Numbered from the stretch's first letter, positions 8,536 to 17,907 are shown. The stretch is 64,000 nt of DNA from Acidaminococcales bacterium (GCA_031552765.1 JAVBME010000007.1:143397-207396); one strand, 5' to 3'. The notes: generated by a model not told the origin, from the letters alone. Program-made: numbers and translations.

Positions 8536-9771
8536 TTAGCCTGCCATGTTATAGTATCCTATAAACCCAAGCACAGCGGCAAACAGCACATTGCCTATCT
8601 CCAGCATGATAAGCTGCAAGAACAGCTTCTCCTTATCCATATTGTCAGTAGCCGCCGCCAAAGACAGCGCCCCCAGCGTGGAAAACGGGCTGTATGTGAC
8701 CGCGTGCGCCCCTACCACTATCGCCGCCACGATGGCCGCCGCCGGCACCGAGCCCATATTCTGCGCGATGCCCGCCGCCGTAGGTATCAGCGTCGGCATA
8801 ACCACGCCCGAGGCGCTCGACACCGTCGACATCAAACCCGCGATAGTCGCCATGATGCCAGTCGACAGCCCGGGCGTCATGATCGACGACAAAAACTTTA
8901 TCAAAGCCGTGATACCGCCGGCCTTCGAGATGACATTTATCAGCACGGCCACGCCGCTGATGAGCAGCAGCGTATCCCAGGCCGTATTGGCTATAGCCTC
9001 CTTCTGCCGCTGCGGATTGAACAGCAAAAGCGCCGCGCCGCCGGCAAACCCCGTCAAGCCGATATCTGTTTTAAAGACCAGTATCCCCAGCACCACCAGC
9101 GTGACCACGGCCATAGTCGCCTTCTGCTCCTGGTTGAACGCCACATCCACCCCATTCGTCCCACCCTTGCCCGAAAGCCTGAGCCCGCCAAACGCCAGGT
9201 AAAAAGCTATCCCCTGCAAAGTCGATGCTATCGCCACAGACAGGAAAATCGGCGTATAGTTAGTCACCCCGATACTTGCCGATAAATTGTCCGCGATGAT
9301 ACCAGACGGCGACAGGGGCGACAGCCCCCCGGCTAAGCTGCCGGACACCACCATGCAGGCCATGAGGATCGGCCGTATATTTTCCCGCTCCGCGATACTC
9401 ATCGCCACCGGCGCCATCAAAGCCGTCATAACTATCGGGCCGGGGCCGATAGCCGATGTGATCGCGCACACGATAAAAAAGATTATCGGCAAAAGCTTTA
9501 CATTGCCTTTCGCCAGCCCGGCCACCTTCTCCGCCAGAATGTTGAGCGTGCCGTTGACCTTGGCTATGGCAAACAAAAAAGTCATGCCCATCAATGTAAT
9601 AAATAATGAGGTCGGAAAACCGGCTATAACAGCCTTAACAGGCATACCTACTATATAAACGCCCACAATGAACGCAAAAAACAGCGATACCACACCGGTA
9701 TTCACCTTGCGCCTAAAACCGATGAAAATAGCCAAAACCAGTACCAATAAGGTAAAAACCTGCATTGTCAT
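8536..9771 (-). CDS. Ion-transporter-superfamily anion permease (CitMHS/ArsB-NhaD-like), substrate unknown
   Basis: 411-aa protein with about 11-12 predicted TM segments and Gly/Pro-rich re-entrant-like segments (SAIGPGPIVMTALMAP, SGSLAGGLSPLSPSG). Family assignment made by eye only. Confidence 0.7.
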   Translation of the reverse strand: MTMQVFTLLVLVLAIFIGFRRKVNTGVVSLFFAFIVGVYIVGMPVKAVIAGFPTSLFITLMGMTFLFAIAKVNGTLNILAEKVAGLAKGNVKLLPIIFFIVCAITSAIGPGPIVMTALMAPVAMSIAERENIRPILMACMVVSGSLAGGLSPLSPSGIIADNLSASIGVTNYTPIFLSVAIASTLQGIAFYLAFGGLRLSGKGGTNGVDVAFNQEQKATMAVVTLVVLGILVFKTDIGLTGFAGGAALLLFNPQRQKEAIANTAWDTLLLISGVAVLINVISKAGGITALIKFLSSIMTPGLSTGIMATIAGLMSTVSSASGVVMPTLIPTAAGIAQNMGSVPAAAIVAAIVVGAHAVTYSPFSTLGALSLAAATDNMDKEKLFLQLIMLEIGNVLFAAVLGFIGYYNMAG

Positions 9772-9817
9772 TGCTAATCCCCCTTAAATTACGCCGCCTC
9801 CGGCCACTTCATACTAT

Positions 9818-9840
9818 CCGGGGCGGCTAGTCCGCCCCGG
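9818..9840 (-). other. Intercistronic GC stem-loop between the CoA-transferase and permease genes
   Basis: CCGGGGCGG-ACTAG-CCGCCCCGG, a perfect 9-bp stem with no following T-run. Confidence 0.4.
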
Positions 9841-9903
9841 TAAATAGCGCGCCTTGATCGGCAAGATTTTTTATAGCAGAGCAAAAAACAAACCCCATAC
9901 CCC

Positions 9904-11094
9904 TTAAATCGCCCCCTCGGCAGCCAGCGCCTTGATATCCGCTTCGCTGCAGCCAAGCTCTTTAAGCACCCTTTCGGTATCCGCGCCCAGCACCGGCGCC
10001 GCTTTTTCCACATAGCCCGGCGTTTTCGACAGCTTTATCGGTATCCCTGGCAGCTTCATCGCCCCGGCCACCGGGTGCGCCACTTCTACTACCATCTCGC
10101 GCGCCAGTATCTGCGGGTCGTTCGCCACCTTGTCGATGGTATTTATCGGCGTGAAAGGTATCGCATTCTCGTCAAACAGCCTGCTCCACTCGGCCGACGT
10201 CTTTTTCACCATCATTTCGTCCACCAGCGGCTTTATTTCCTTATGGTTGGCCGTCCGCAGATCGTTTGTCACAAACCGCGGGTCTTCTATCAGCTCCGGC
10301 CGCCCGCCCAGCTTGCAAAAACTCGACCACAGGTTATTGTTGCCGATAGCCACCACCAGGTAGACCCCGTCCGCGCACCTGAAACCCTCAAACGGCGTCA
10401 CCGACGGGTGCCGGTTGCCCACCGGCTGGGGCGCCTTGCCTGTAGCGAAATAACGCGCCAAAGCGTTCTCCAGCACCGCCACCTGGCAGTCCAGCATGGC
10501 CACATCCACAAACTGCCCCTCGCCCGTCTTATTGCGGTGGTGCAGCGCCGTCAATATGCCCACAGCCGTGAACACGCCCGCGAACACGTCGCCGATAGAC
10601 GCGCCCACCCGCGTTGGCTCGCCCCCTTCCGTCGCCGAAGTGATGCTCATGATGCCGCCCATCGCCTGCACGATAGAATCATACGCCGGCCGCTTGGAAT
10701 AAGGCCCGCTGTGCCCAAAGCCCGAACAGGCCGCGTAAATGATATCCGGCTTGACCTTCGCCACCGCCTCATAACCAAACCCCAGCTTATCCATAGTGCC
10801 CGGCTTGAAATTCTCCACCAGCACGTCCGCCTTTTCTATAAGCTGCCACAGCACCTTCTTGCCGCCCTCTTTTTTCATATCGAGCGTGATGCCTTCCTTA
10901 TTGCGGTTGATGCTCATGAAATAACCGCTCTCGCCGTTGGTATAAGGGCCAAACCCGCGCGAATCGTCGCCCGTCCCCGGCATCTCCACATGGATGACCC
11001 GCGCGCCGAAATCCGCCAGCAGCATCGCCGCGAACGGCCCGGACAGCACCCGCGTCAAATCCACCACCACCAGATCGCCCAAAGCCTTTGCCAT
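9904..11094 (-). CDS. Class III CoA-transferase (CaiB/BaiF family)
   Basis: MAKALGDLVVVDLTRVLSGPFAAMLLADFGARVIHVE.. is the characteristic family III N-terminus. Start moved from TTG 11115 to ATG 11094, which has an AAGGGGG SD. Confidence 0.9.
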   Translation of the reverse strand: MAKALGDLVVVDLTRVLSGPFAAMLLADFGARVIHVEMPGTGDDSRGFGPYTNGESGYFMSINRNKEGITLDMKKEGGKKVLWQLIEKADVLVENFKPGTMDKLGFGYEAVAKVKPDIIYAACSGFGHSGPYSKRPAYDSIVQAMGGIMSITSATEGGEPTRVGASIGDVFAGVFTAVGILTALHHRNKTGEGQFVDVAMLDCQVAVLENALARYFATGKAPQPVGNRHPSVTPFEGFRCADGVYLVVAIGNNNLWSSFCKLGGRPELIEDPRFVTNDLRTANHKEIKPLVDEMMVKKTSAEWSRLFDENAIPFTPINTIDKVANDPQILAREMVVEVAHPVAGAMKLPGIPIKLSKTPGYVEKAAPVLGADTERVLKELGCSEADIKALAAEGAI

Positions 11095-11135
11095 CAAAAC
11101 AACCCCCTTTGCCAATAGTAATTTGCAAATAATAT

Positions 11136-11151
11136 CGCAAATACCGTGCCA
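11136..11151 (-). promoter_or_regulatory. Sigma-54 (-24/-12) promoter
   Basis: Minus strand reads TGGCACGGTATTTGCG. It matches TGGCACG-N4-TTGC with correct GG/GC spacing and lies about 40 nt upstream of the CoA-transferase ATG. Confidence 0.75.
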
Positions 11152-11233
11152 ACCCTAGCTATCCAGCCAAAAGGCAAAAACACACCGCTTCGCTTATATA
11201 AATTAAAAAACACTTAAAAAACAAATAAAATTA

Positions 11234-11284
11234 GTGGTCAATATATGGCCATTTCACCCCGCCAACCAGTCAAATATTGACCAC
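11234..11284. promoter_or_regulatory. Inverted repeat, candidate enhancer (UAS) for the sigma-54 activator
   Basis: GTGGTCAATAT (11234-11244) and its exact reverse complement ATATTGACCAC (11274-11284), 29 bp apart. Lies about 85-135 bp upstream of the -24/-12 element. Confidence 0.4.
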
Positions 11285-11499
11285 TCCTTGAAAAAACCTT
11301 TTAAAAACCTATCCGCTGCATAAACGACAAAAAAACCTGCGCCATTTTTCCCGCTGCGAATAGTCTTTTTTGCATTTTCAAATTTAAATACTTTCGCCAC
11401 CGAAGAACAATCAGCCTCCATGAAATAAATAATCTCCGTCAGCCACCCCCTGCCAAAATGGCCCAGGAAATGCAGGAATCCGTAGTCATCTTCAAAGCA

Positions 11500-11540
11500 T
11501 AAAAAAACAAACCCCCTGCCCGCTAAAAGCGGGCAGGGGC
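11500..11540 (-). terminator. Rho-independent terminator after the CHAD gene
   Basis: CCCCTGCCCGC-TTTTA-GCGGGCAGGGG followed by a T-run on the minus strand. Lies 4 nt after the stop. Confidence 0.8.
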
Positions 11541-11543
11541 TGT

Positions 11544-12830
11544 TTATCCGTAACACTTTTCCCATTCGTCGATAAATTTCTCCCACAGGCCGGGCAGCAG
11601 GCGGCGCACAGCCATCGTCTGCGCCCGTTCGCTCCCGGCAAACATGCCGGCCTGGTAAGCTAAAACATTGTCGGTCTGCTTTTTCAAAGCTATGCTTCTA
11701 GCCAGCTCTTCATTGATATAATTGTCATGCAAAACGCCCAAAGCATCCTGCAAACGCTTAAGGTGGCGCAATACCTTGCTGTCGTCGCCATAGGCCTGAC
11801 CGGAAATACTCTGCAGCACGTAGCGGATCGCTTTGGCTTTTATCCTAACTTCATGCGCTTTTTCGTCATTAGCAAAGTCGGGGTGCTCTCTGACCAGCTT
11901 GGTCATTTTTTTATACCAGCGCCAGATCCTGCGGTCTATCACTTTTTCCAGCAACAGGTCTTCCTGGTCTTCTTTCACCGGATCGGACAATATCCACAGC
12001 ATGAACTCCAACAAAAAAGGCGTAAAATTCTTCAGTTTGAACACCGGCTCAATCTTTTCTATCTCGCTGCCCCGCTCCTTGCGCATGAAAGACATCAGCC
12101 CGTCATTGTCGCGGTTGTATCTTCTGCGCTGGCTGCCCGTACGCCGCCAGTTGCTCAAAGCGACGTCCAGTTCACGGGAACGGGCCAGTTTTATCGTCAA
12201 AGAACGCAGCTTTTCCTGCCACTTGCCGGCCTCGGCCACAAGCACTTCATCCAGCACGGTCATCATCGCCCTAAGTTTTCTGATCTCCACCCTGAGCCTT
12301 CTCAGGGGCAGGCGCTCGTCCGGCCGCAGGACAAATTCCCCACCGGCCTGGCTAATGCCGCACAGATGCCACCACATGAGGTCATATAAGGCGTCGCCCA
12401 CTCTTTGCGGGGCAAAACTCTTCATATGGGCGCGCCCGAACTCTATGCCGCTGGAAAGGTCGGCCGCCCGCTGCTCATGGGTACGGCTCTCAAGGATTAT
12501 GTCATACTTTTTCGCCAGCTTCACAGCCAGTTTTATACAGTCGATATGACGGCCGGAAAAACGGCTGATGTGCATCTCGCAGATTTTGGTCTCCTGCCCG
12601 CCCGCCGTCATGATACCCTCATCATAAACTATGCGGATGCGGTTGTTGCCGTTGACCACCAATCCCGCCTGCCGGTACACATTGATATGGCAATCGCCTT
12701 TTTCCCCGCCCGCATCAAGCATTATGTCTTCACGCGAATTTTCAAGCGGTACAAAGTCCTTGCCCAAATATTTAATTATAGCGCCCCAGTCGGCGTTTTC
12801 TTTAAACAGCAGCACATATTCGCGTATCAT
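11544..12830 (-). CDS. CHAD domain-containing protein
   Basis: Long helical C-terminal region with conserved His spacing (HEVRIKAKAIRYVLQ, LQDALGVLHDNYI) typical of CHAD. The N-terminal 130 aa is unassigned. Confidence 0.7.
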   Translation of the reverse strand: MIREYVLLFKENADWGAIIKYLGKDFVPLENSREDIMLDAGGEKGDCHINVYRQAGLVVNGNNRIRIVYDEGIMTAGGQETKICEMHISRFSGRHIDCIKLAVKLAKKYDIILESRTHEQRAADLSSGIEFGRAHMKSFAPQRVGDALYDLMWWHLCGISQAGGEFVLRPDERLPLRRLRVEIRKLRAMMTVLDEVLVAEAGKWQEKLRSLTIKLARSRELDVALSNWRRTGSQRRRYNRDNDGLMSFMRKERGSEIEKIEPVFKLKNFTPFLLEFMLWILSDPVKEDQEDLLLEKVIDRRIWRWYKKMTKLVREHPDFANDEKAHEVRIKAKAIRYVLQSISGQAYGDDSKVLRHLKRLQDALGVLHDNYINEELARSIALKKQTDNVLAYQAGMFAGSERAQTMAVRRLLPGLWEKFIDEWEKCYG

Positions 12831-12859
12831 AATTTACTCTTCTCTTCCAGCCTGTTTTT

Positions 12860-13834
12860 TCAGCCGCCCGACTTGAGCGCGGCTTCATTCACACAGGCCG
12901 GCATAGGATGGCCTTCCAGCGCGGCTATGATGTTGTCGAGCGTCATCATGGACATGCTGTCGCGCGTCTCCTCCGTCAAAGTGCCTATATGCGGCAGTAC
13001 CAGGATGTTGTCCAAAGTCAAAAGCGGATGGTCGGCCGGCAGCGGCTCCGGGTCGGTCACATCCATAGCCGCGTAAGCAATGCGCTTTTCTTTCAAAGCT
13101 TCATACAGCGCGTCCGTATCCACTATGGCGCCCCGCGCCGCGTTGATAAGGCGGGCGGTTGGCTTCATCAAAGCAAACTCCTTGCGGCTGATCATTTTTT
13201 TAGTTTCTGCGGACAGCGGCAGCATGACCAGAATGAAATCGGCCTCTTTCAGCAGTTCCTCCTGCGAAAGGTATACCGCTCCCACCTCGCCGGCGCTGAC
13301 GGCCGGACGGCGGTTGTGGTAGACTATTTTCATACCGCTGGCCAGAGCCCGTCTGGCTACGGCCATACCGATAGCGCCGAGGCCCAGGATGCCGAGGGTC
13401 TTGCCGTAAAGGTCTACGCCCATGCCAAAAGTCCTGTGGCGGCCCCATTCGCCGCTTTTAACATGCAGCCAGGCGGCTGGCAGATAGCGCGCGCTGCACA
13501 GGATGAGGCCGTAAGCGATATCCGCCGTTGCTTCGGTCACCGCGCCCGGCGTATTGCCTACTTTTATGCCGCGCGCCGTACAGGCGGCTATGTCTATATT
13601 GTCGTAACCGACCGATACTTGCGCCACCACCTTGAGGTTAGGCGCTTTGTCGAGCAACGCCGCGTCTATTTTCACATTGCCAAGAGAATAGAGCGCGTCG
13701 GCGTTTTTCAATATATCCGCCCATTCTTCCGGCGTGGTGTCCTTGTTTTTTGTTTTAAACTCAAACGCTTTTTCTATCCGCGCCTGCACTACCGGGCGGG
13801 CCCGCCCGGTCATAGCCAGTGTGTATCTTTTCAT
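12860..13834 (-). CDS. D-isomer-specific 2-hydroxyacid dehydrogenase (glyoxylate/hydroxypyruvate reductase-like)
   Basis: NAD fold GILGLGAIGMAVARR, catalytic-region motifs NAARG..VD and PHIGTLT. Confidence 0.9.
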   Translation of the reverse strand: MKRYTLAMTGRARPVVQARIEKAFEFKTKNKDTTPEEWADILKNADALYSLGNVKIDAALLDKAPNLKVVAQVSVGYDNIDIAACTARGIKVGNTPGAVTEATADIAYGLILCSARYLPAAWLHVKSGEWGRHRTFGMGVDLYGKTLGILGLGAIGMAVARRALASGMKIVYHNRRPAVSAGEVGAVYLSQEELLKEADFILVMLPLSAETKKMISRKEFALMKPTARLINAARGAIVDTDALYEALKEKRIAYAAMDVTDPEPLPADHPLLTLDNILVLPHIGTLTEETRDSMSMMTLDNIIAALEGHPMPACVNEAALKSGG

Positions 13835-13847
13835 TTTCCCGCCACTC

Positions 13848-14225
13848 CTATCTTTTCTCCGGTACTATTTCCAACCAGTAGCCGTCCGGATCACTGATAA
13901 AATATATGCCCATACCCGGGTTTTCATAGCAAATGCAGTCCATAGCCTTGTGTTTTTCATGCGCCGCCTGGTAGTCGTCGGTGGCAAAAGCCAGGTGGAA
14001 TTCGTTGTCGCCGAGGTTGTACGGCCGGTCCCAGTCGCGCAGCCAGGTCAACTCCAACAGATGAGGCATACTGCCGTCAGTCAGGTAGACAAGTATGAAG
14101 CTGCCGTCAGCCGCTTCCTTACGCCGCGCTTCTGTCAGGCCCAGCGCCTCTTTGTAAAAAGCGAGGCTTTTATCAAGATCCTTCACGTTGATGTTATTGT
14201 GTACCATTTTAAAATTCATGACCAT
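13848..14225 (-). CDS. VOC-family protein, glyoxalase I (lactoylglutathione lyase)-like
   Basis: HNNINVKDLDKSLAFYKEALGL..LELTW..GDNEFHLAF..YFISDPDGYWLEIV pattern. Confidence 0.8.
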   Translation of the reverse strand: MVMNFKMVHNNINVKDLDKSLAFYKEALGLTEARRKEAADGSFILVYLTDGSMPHLLELTWLRDWDRPYNLGDNEFHLAFATDDYQAAHEKHKAMDCICYENPGMGIYFISDPDGYWLEIVPEKR

Positions 14226-14268
14226 GCCCCTTTCAAGTTATTTGATTATGCAAACAGCGGCAGACGTT

Positions 14269-15036
14269 TTAACTGCCCAGCCAAAATTTCCAAATCAATG
14301 ATATAAACAATAAGAAAAGCGATACTGTCAACACGCGCCGGACAAAATCCGGCCCAATGCGTATGGCCAGCCTGCTGCCCAGCATATTGCCGCATATACT
14401 GGCCGCCGACAGTGGCAGCGCTAAAAGGTAACCGACCTTACCGTACCACATGAACACAAAAAGCCCGCTCAGCCCGGCCGACAGGTTGAGCAGCTTGGTA
14501 GTGGCCGCGGCGGCCAGCAGCTCAAAACCTAACAGAAAATACAGCGCCAGGACAAAAAAACTGCCTGCTCCCGGCCCGAAAAATCCATCGTAAAAACCTA
14601 TACTCAAACATACTAGTGGCAGATATACCTTCATATCTTTTTCCGTCATTTCCCTGCTTGCCGAACGCTTGTTGCGCGGCATCAAGGTAGCCAGCATCCC
14701 CAAAGGCAAGAGCAGCACTACAATCTTGCCAATAGTGGCGCTGTCAAAAAACAATACCGCCCGCGCGCCCAACATGGCGCCCAGCAGCACTGCCGGCACG
14801 CCTACTTTAGCGCTTTTCCAGACTACCAGACCGCTGCGGGTATAGTTACCGAGAGCCGCCGCCATGCCGCAGCTGCTGGCCAGCTTATTCGTCCCCAGCA
14901 CCAGGTCGGCCGGCACGCCGGTGAGTAAAAAAGCTGGCAGGGTTATCAAACCGCCCCCGCCGGCAATACTGTCGATAAAGCCGCCGGCAAAATAGGCGCC
15001 GCACAACAATATAGCCATACCTAAATCTATATCCAT
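14269..15036 (-). CDS. TauE/SafE family sulfite/anion exporter
   Basis: GGFIDSIAGGGGLITLPAFL..GTNKL motif. Protein has 7-8 TM segments. Confidence 0.85.
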   Translation of the reverse strand: MDIDLGMAILLCGAYFAGGFIDSIAGGGGLITLPAFLLTGVPADLVLGTNKLASSCGMAAALGNYTRSGLVVWKSAKVGVPAVLLGAMLGARAVLFFDSATIGKIVVLLLPLGMLATLMPRNKRSASREMTEKDMKVYLPLVCLSIGFYDGFFGPGAGSFFVLALYFLLGFELLAAAATTKLLNLSAGLSGLFVFMWYGKVGYLLALPLSAASICGNMLGSRLAIRIGPDFVRRVLTVSLFLLFISLIWKFWLGS

Positions 15037-15096
15037 AATAGAAAAAACTTACCTGCTACGCGCGGCAAAGCACGCGCGCCCTTTCCAACCTCAGAA

Positions 15097-15600
15097 CTAG
15101 GAGAAAAGCGCTCTGATGATAATTATCGCCATAGTAACGCCAGCCGCCAGTTTGCCCAAAAGTCCGAAACAATGGTTGCGGGCGGCCACCCAGGCGACCC
15201 GCGCGGCGCGGCTTTTATCCTGTCCCCAAAAATACTCTACAATAAACGCGGTTATGAAAGCCCCGGCCATCGCCCCCAGCAAAGACCCCAGCACCGGCAT
15301 GGCCGCCGTTCCTAAAAGAGCGCCCAGAGTGGTTCCTATACCGATGAACAACACCGACCACCAGGAAACTTTTTCCTTTTTTATGCCCAAATAACCAACG
15401 ATAAATTCCCACAATTCACCGGCCAAATAAATGGCCGCCACTATACCCAGCTGCTCCAGGCTGAAAGAAGTAAAATTCACATACCATGCATAGCCCAGCG
15501 CCAAAAACAGCATCACGGTGTTGCCGGACAGGCCCAGCATAGTAAGCAGTACACTCAATACCGTCATGGCAGTAAGGGCGATCTTTATTATAAAAGCCAT
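15097..15600 (-). CDS. DUF456-family membrane protein
   Basis: Four-TM small protein with LGLSGNTVML and GELWEF motifs. Confidence 0.65.
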   Translation of the reverse strand: MAFIIKIALTAMTVLSVLLTMLGLSGNTVMLFLALGYAWYVNFTSFSLEQLGIVAAIYLAGELWEFIVGYLGIKKEKVSWWSVLFIGIGTTLGALLGTAAMPVLGSLLGAMAGAFITAFIVEYFWGQDKSRAARVAWVAARNHCFGLLGKLAAGVTMAIIIIRALFS

Positions 15601-15609
15601 CCGACCCTC

Positions 15610-16362
15610 CTAACTTACTCGATTGCGCAGCCGGCCTATGCCTTCTATCTCCACTTCTATCACGTCGCCCGGCTTCATGCTGCCCACGCCGGAAGAAGTA
15701 CCGGTCAAAATGACATCGCCCGGCAATAGTGTCATCACGCGACTCACCGCCTCGATAAGCTGCGGCACTTTGAAAATAAGCTGCCCGGTATCTGAATCCT
15801 GCCTGGTCTCACCGTTCAAAAAGGCCTTTATGGAAGCGCCGTCCGGGTGAAAATCCGTCTCAATATGCGGCCCCAGCGGACAGAAAGTATCGAATGACTT
15901 GCCCCGCGTCCACTGCCCGTCTTTTTTTTGCAGATCGCGCGCCGTCACGTCGTTGGCGCAGGTATAGCCGAAAATATAGTCTGCGGCGTCTTTGGCCTTT
16001 ACGTTTTTGGCTTCTTTACTTATCACCACCGCCAGTTCCGCCTCATAGTGGACGTTTTGGCTAAGTGCGGGATATTCTATCTCTTCTTCCGGGCCGATGA
16101 CCGCGGTCGAAGGTTTGAGGAAAATAAGCGGCTCGGCCGGCAGCTGACTGCCCATCTCCTTGGCATGGTCATGGTAATTGAGGCCTATACAGACCACTTT
16201 GCTCGGCTCGCAGGGCGGCAGCAGGCAAACGGAAGAAAGCTCCAGCGGCGCTCCTGACTTGGGAAAATCTTCATAGGGAAGGCCCTCTACAGGCATGACC
16301 AGATTGCCCATCACAAAACCGTAGGAAATACTCTCGCCCAACTGGTAACGTATCCATTTCAT
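15610..16362 (-). CDS. Fumarylacetoacetate hydrolase (FAH) family protein
   Basis: KVVCIGLNYHDHAKE, YEAELAVVI, GYTCANDVTARDLQ, GDVILTGTSSGVG. Confidence 0.9.
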   Translation of the reverse strand: MKWIRYQLGESISYGFVMGNLVMPVEGLPYEDFPKSGAPLELSSVCLLPPCEPSKVVCIGLNYHDHAKEMGSQLPAEPLIFLKPSTAVIGPEEEIEYPALSQNVHYEAELAVVISKEAKNVKAKDAADYIFGYTCANDVTARDLQKKDGQWTRGKSFDTFCPLGPHIETDFHPDGASIKAFLNGETRQDSDTGQLIFKVPQLIEAVSRVMTLLPGDVILTGTSSGVGSMKPGDVIEVEIEGIGRLRNRVS

Positions 16363-16499
16363 TTCAGCATCACCTTTTCCCAGAAATTTTTATCTCGCTA
16401 AACGCCGGCTAATACTCCCGCAGAAAAGCGGCGCTAAGTTCGAAATAAGTGCGGCTGAGGTTCACCTGGGGCAAAAGCCCCCAACTGAACCAGCCTTCT

Positions 16500-17738
16500 T
16501 TATAGCGAATAAGAGTCTATATTAAGGCCGAGCGCTTTGTTAAGGTCGATGATATCACCGTCACTGGTCCTTATCACAGGCTCTTTGAAAGCATAGTGGC
16601 TCCATATGATCTCCGCGCGCCGACCGTCGCCCAAAGTGACCCGGTTGCTCAAAATAAAATCTTTGAGGTACTCCCGGAAGACAAGGCACATATTGGAATC
16701 GAACAACTTGCTCCAAAACGGTAACTCATCGATGATCGCCGGCAGTTTTTTCCCTTCCTCTTCCGGCGCGAAGGGATACATGGCATTGTCCACCGCGTTG
16801 GCCAAGCCAAGTATGCGGGCATAGACGTGTATCTTTTCCGCCTTGATTTTGAGTGGGTAGCCGCTGCCGTCCATATGCTCGTGGTGGCCGCCCACGGCCA
16901 GCAGCACTTCCCGCGGGAAATAACGTTTGTCTTTGAGCATTTCTATGCCCTTCAAGACATGGCCTTGATATATAGCCGTTTCTTCGGCACTAAACACTTT
17001 CTTTCTCTTTCTTATCTCTTCAGGCAAGAACAGGCATCCTACATCGTGCAAAAGCGCGCTGACTATCACTATCTTGACGTCTTTTTCCGAAAGCCCCAGT
17101 AGTTTTGCCAGCTTGCCGGCCAAGACAGCCGTACGCACAGTATGCGCCGCCAAAGGGTCGGCCTGCATTTTATGTGGGTACAGACAATATCCTACGACCG
17201 CCACAGTCTTCGTCACATAATCGTTCAGCCTTACGGCCAAAAGGTTACAGTCGCGCAAGAACAAATCGCGCTCCCGCACATCGCCGCCAAAGAGCTTGTC
17301 CACTTCCGCCATTATGCCTACATAGGTATCGAGCGCCTCGACATTGAGTATGCTGCCTATCTTTACTGCTTTACCGGACAAAGCGGTCTCCCGCCCGTCG
17401 GAATATAAATGCTTGTCCCCGTTGCCGGACATCATGGAAACGATGTTATCCATGGTGATACCCAAATCAGCTCTAATAGAAACCCGTTTTTCTTTAAGCT
17501 TCTCTTTGCTCTGCTCCTCCTCAGCCTGGCGGTCTGCTTTCAGTTGCTCACGCAAAGACTGGTCGGTATCGCTCTCTTCGCGCACCCTGATAAACTCGAT
17601 GTTCCAGGTACGCAGAATCCCGGCATGGCTTGGCGTTATCTCCATATTCGCTTCTAAAAGGACATTGTGCCTGGCATCCGTGATGCGTTCGGCGGTAATC
17701 ATCCCAGCCGCTATATCATCGCGCCTAACCCTCTTCAT
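16500..17738 (-). CDS. HD-GYP domain protein (putative c-di-GMP phosphodiesterase), DUF3391-like N-terminus
   Basis: LLHDVGC..GGHHEHMDGSGYP motifs. ORF track start is TTG 17756; ATG 17738 downstream of GGAGG is preferred. Confidence 0.85.
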   Translation of the reverse strand: MKRVRRDDIAAGMITAERITDARHNVLLEANMEITPSHAGILRTWNIEFIRVREESDTDQSLREQLKADRQAEEEQSKEKLKEKRVSIRADLGITMDNIVSMMSGNGDKHLYSDGRETALSGKAVKIGSILNVEALDTYVGIMAEVDKLFGGDVRERDLFLRDCNLLAVRLNDYVTKTVAVVGYCLYPHKMQADPLAAHTVRTAVLAGKLAKLLGLSEKDVKIVIVSALLHDVGCLFLPEEIRKRKKVFSAEETAIYQGHVLKGIEMLKDKRYFPREVLLAVGGHHEHMDGSGYPLKIKAEKIHVYARILGLANAVDNAMYPFAPEEEGKKLPAIIDELPFWSKLFDSNMCLVFREYLKDFILSNRVTLGDGRRAEIIWSHYAFKEPVIRTSDGDIIDLNKALGLNIDSYSL

Positions 17739-17858
17739 AGCCCAAATCGCCTCCAAAAAATATTAACCTGCCCAATATAACCATACCATTAAAATATTAA
17801 TATTCTCCTGTAAACGCTCAAATCCTCTTTTCTAACCGGCAAAGATTTATATAAATAT

Positions 17859-17888
17859 CCCCCGGCCTAGCCGGGGGTATTTCTTTAG
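17859..17888. terminator. GC hairpin, possible bidirectional terminator
   Basis: CCCCCGG-CCTAG-CCGGGGG with T-rich sequence on both sides. Confidence 0.45.
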
Positions 17889-17907
17889 CGGACATAGCCA
17901 TTTTCTA

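Noticed and set aside
10075-11118. 347-aa plus-strand ORF opposite the CoA-transferase gene
   Set aside because: The Arg/His/Pro-rich nonsense-like translation mirrors a strongly supported minus-strand gene. There is no SD or promoter context.
11254-11586. 110-aa minus-strand ORF between the CHAD gene and the sigma-54 promoter
   Set aside because: Its 5' part runs through the CHAD gene's stop and the strong terminator hairpin (11500..11540). Its 3' part covers the inverted-repeat candidate UAS. It has no SD and no recognisable domain. The region is more plausibly regulatory DNA.
12908-13897. 329-aa plus-strand ORF opposite the 2-hydroxyacid dehydrogenase gene
   Set aside because: This is also an antisense shadow ORF. 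The dehydrogenase frame has clear NAD-binding and catalytic motifs, and this frame has none.
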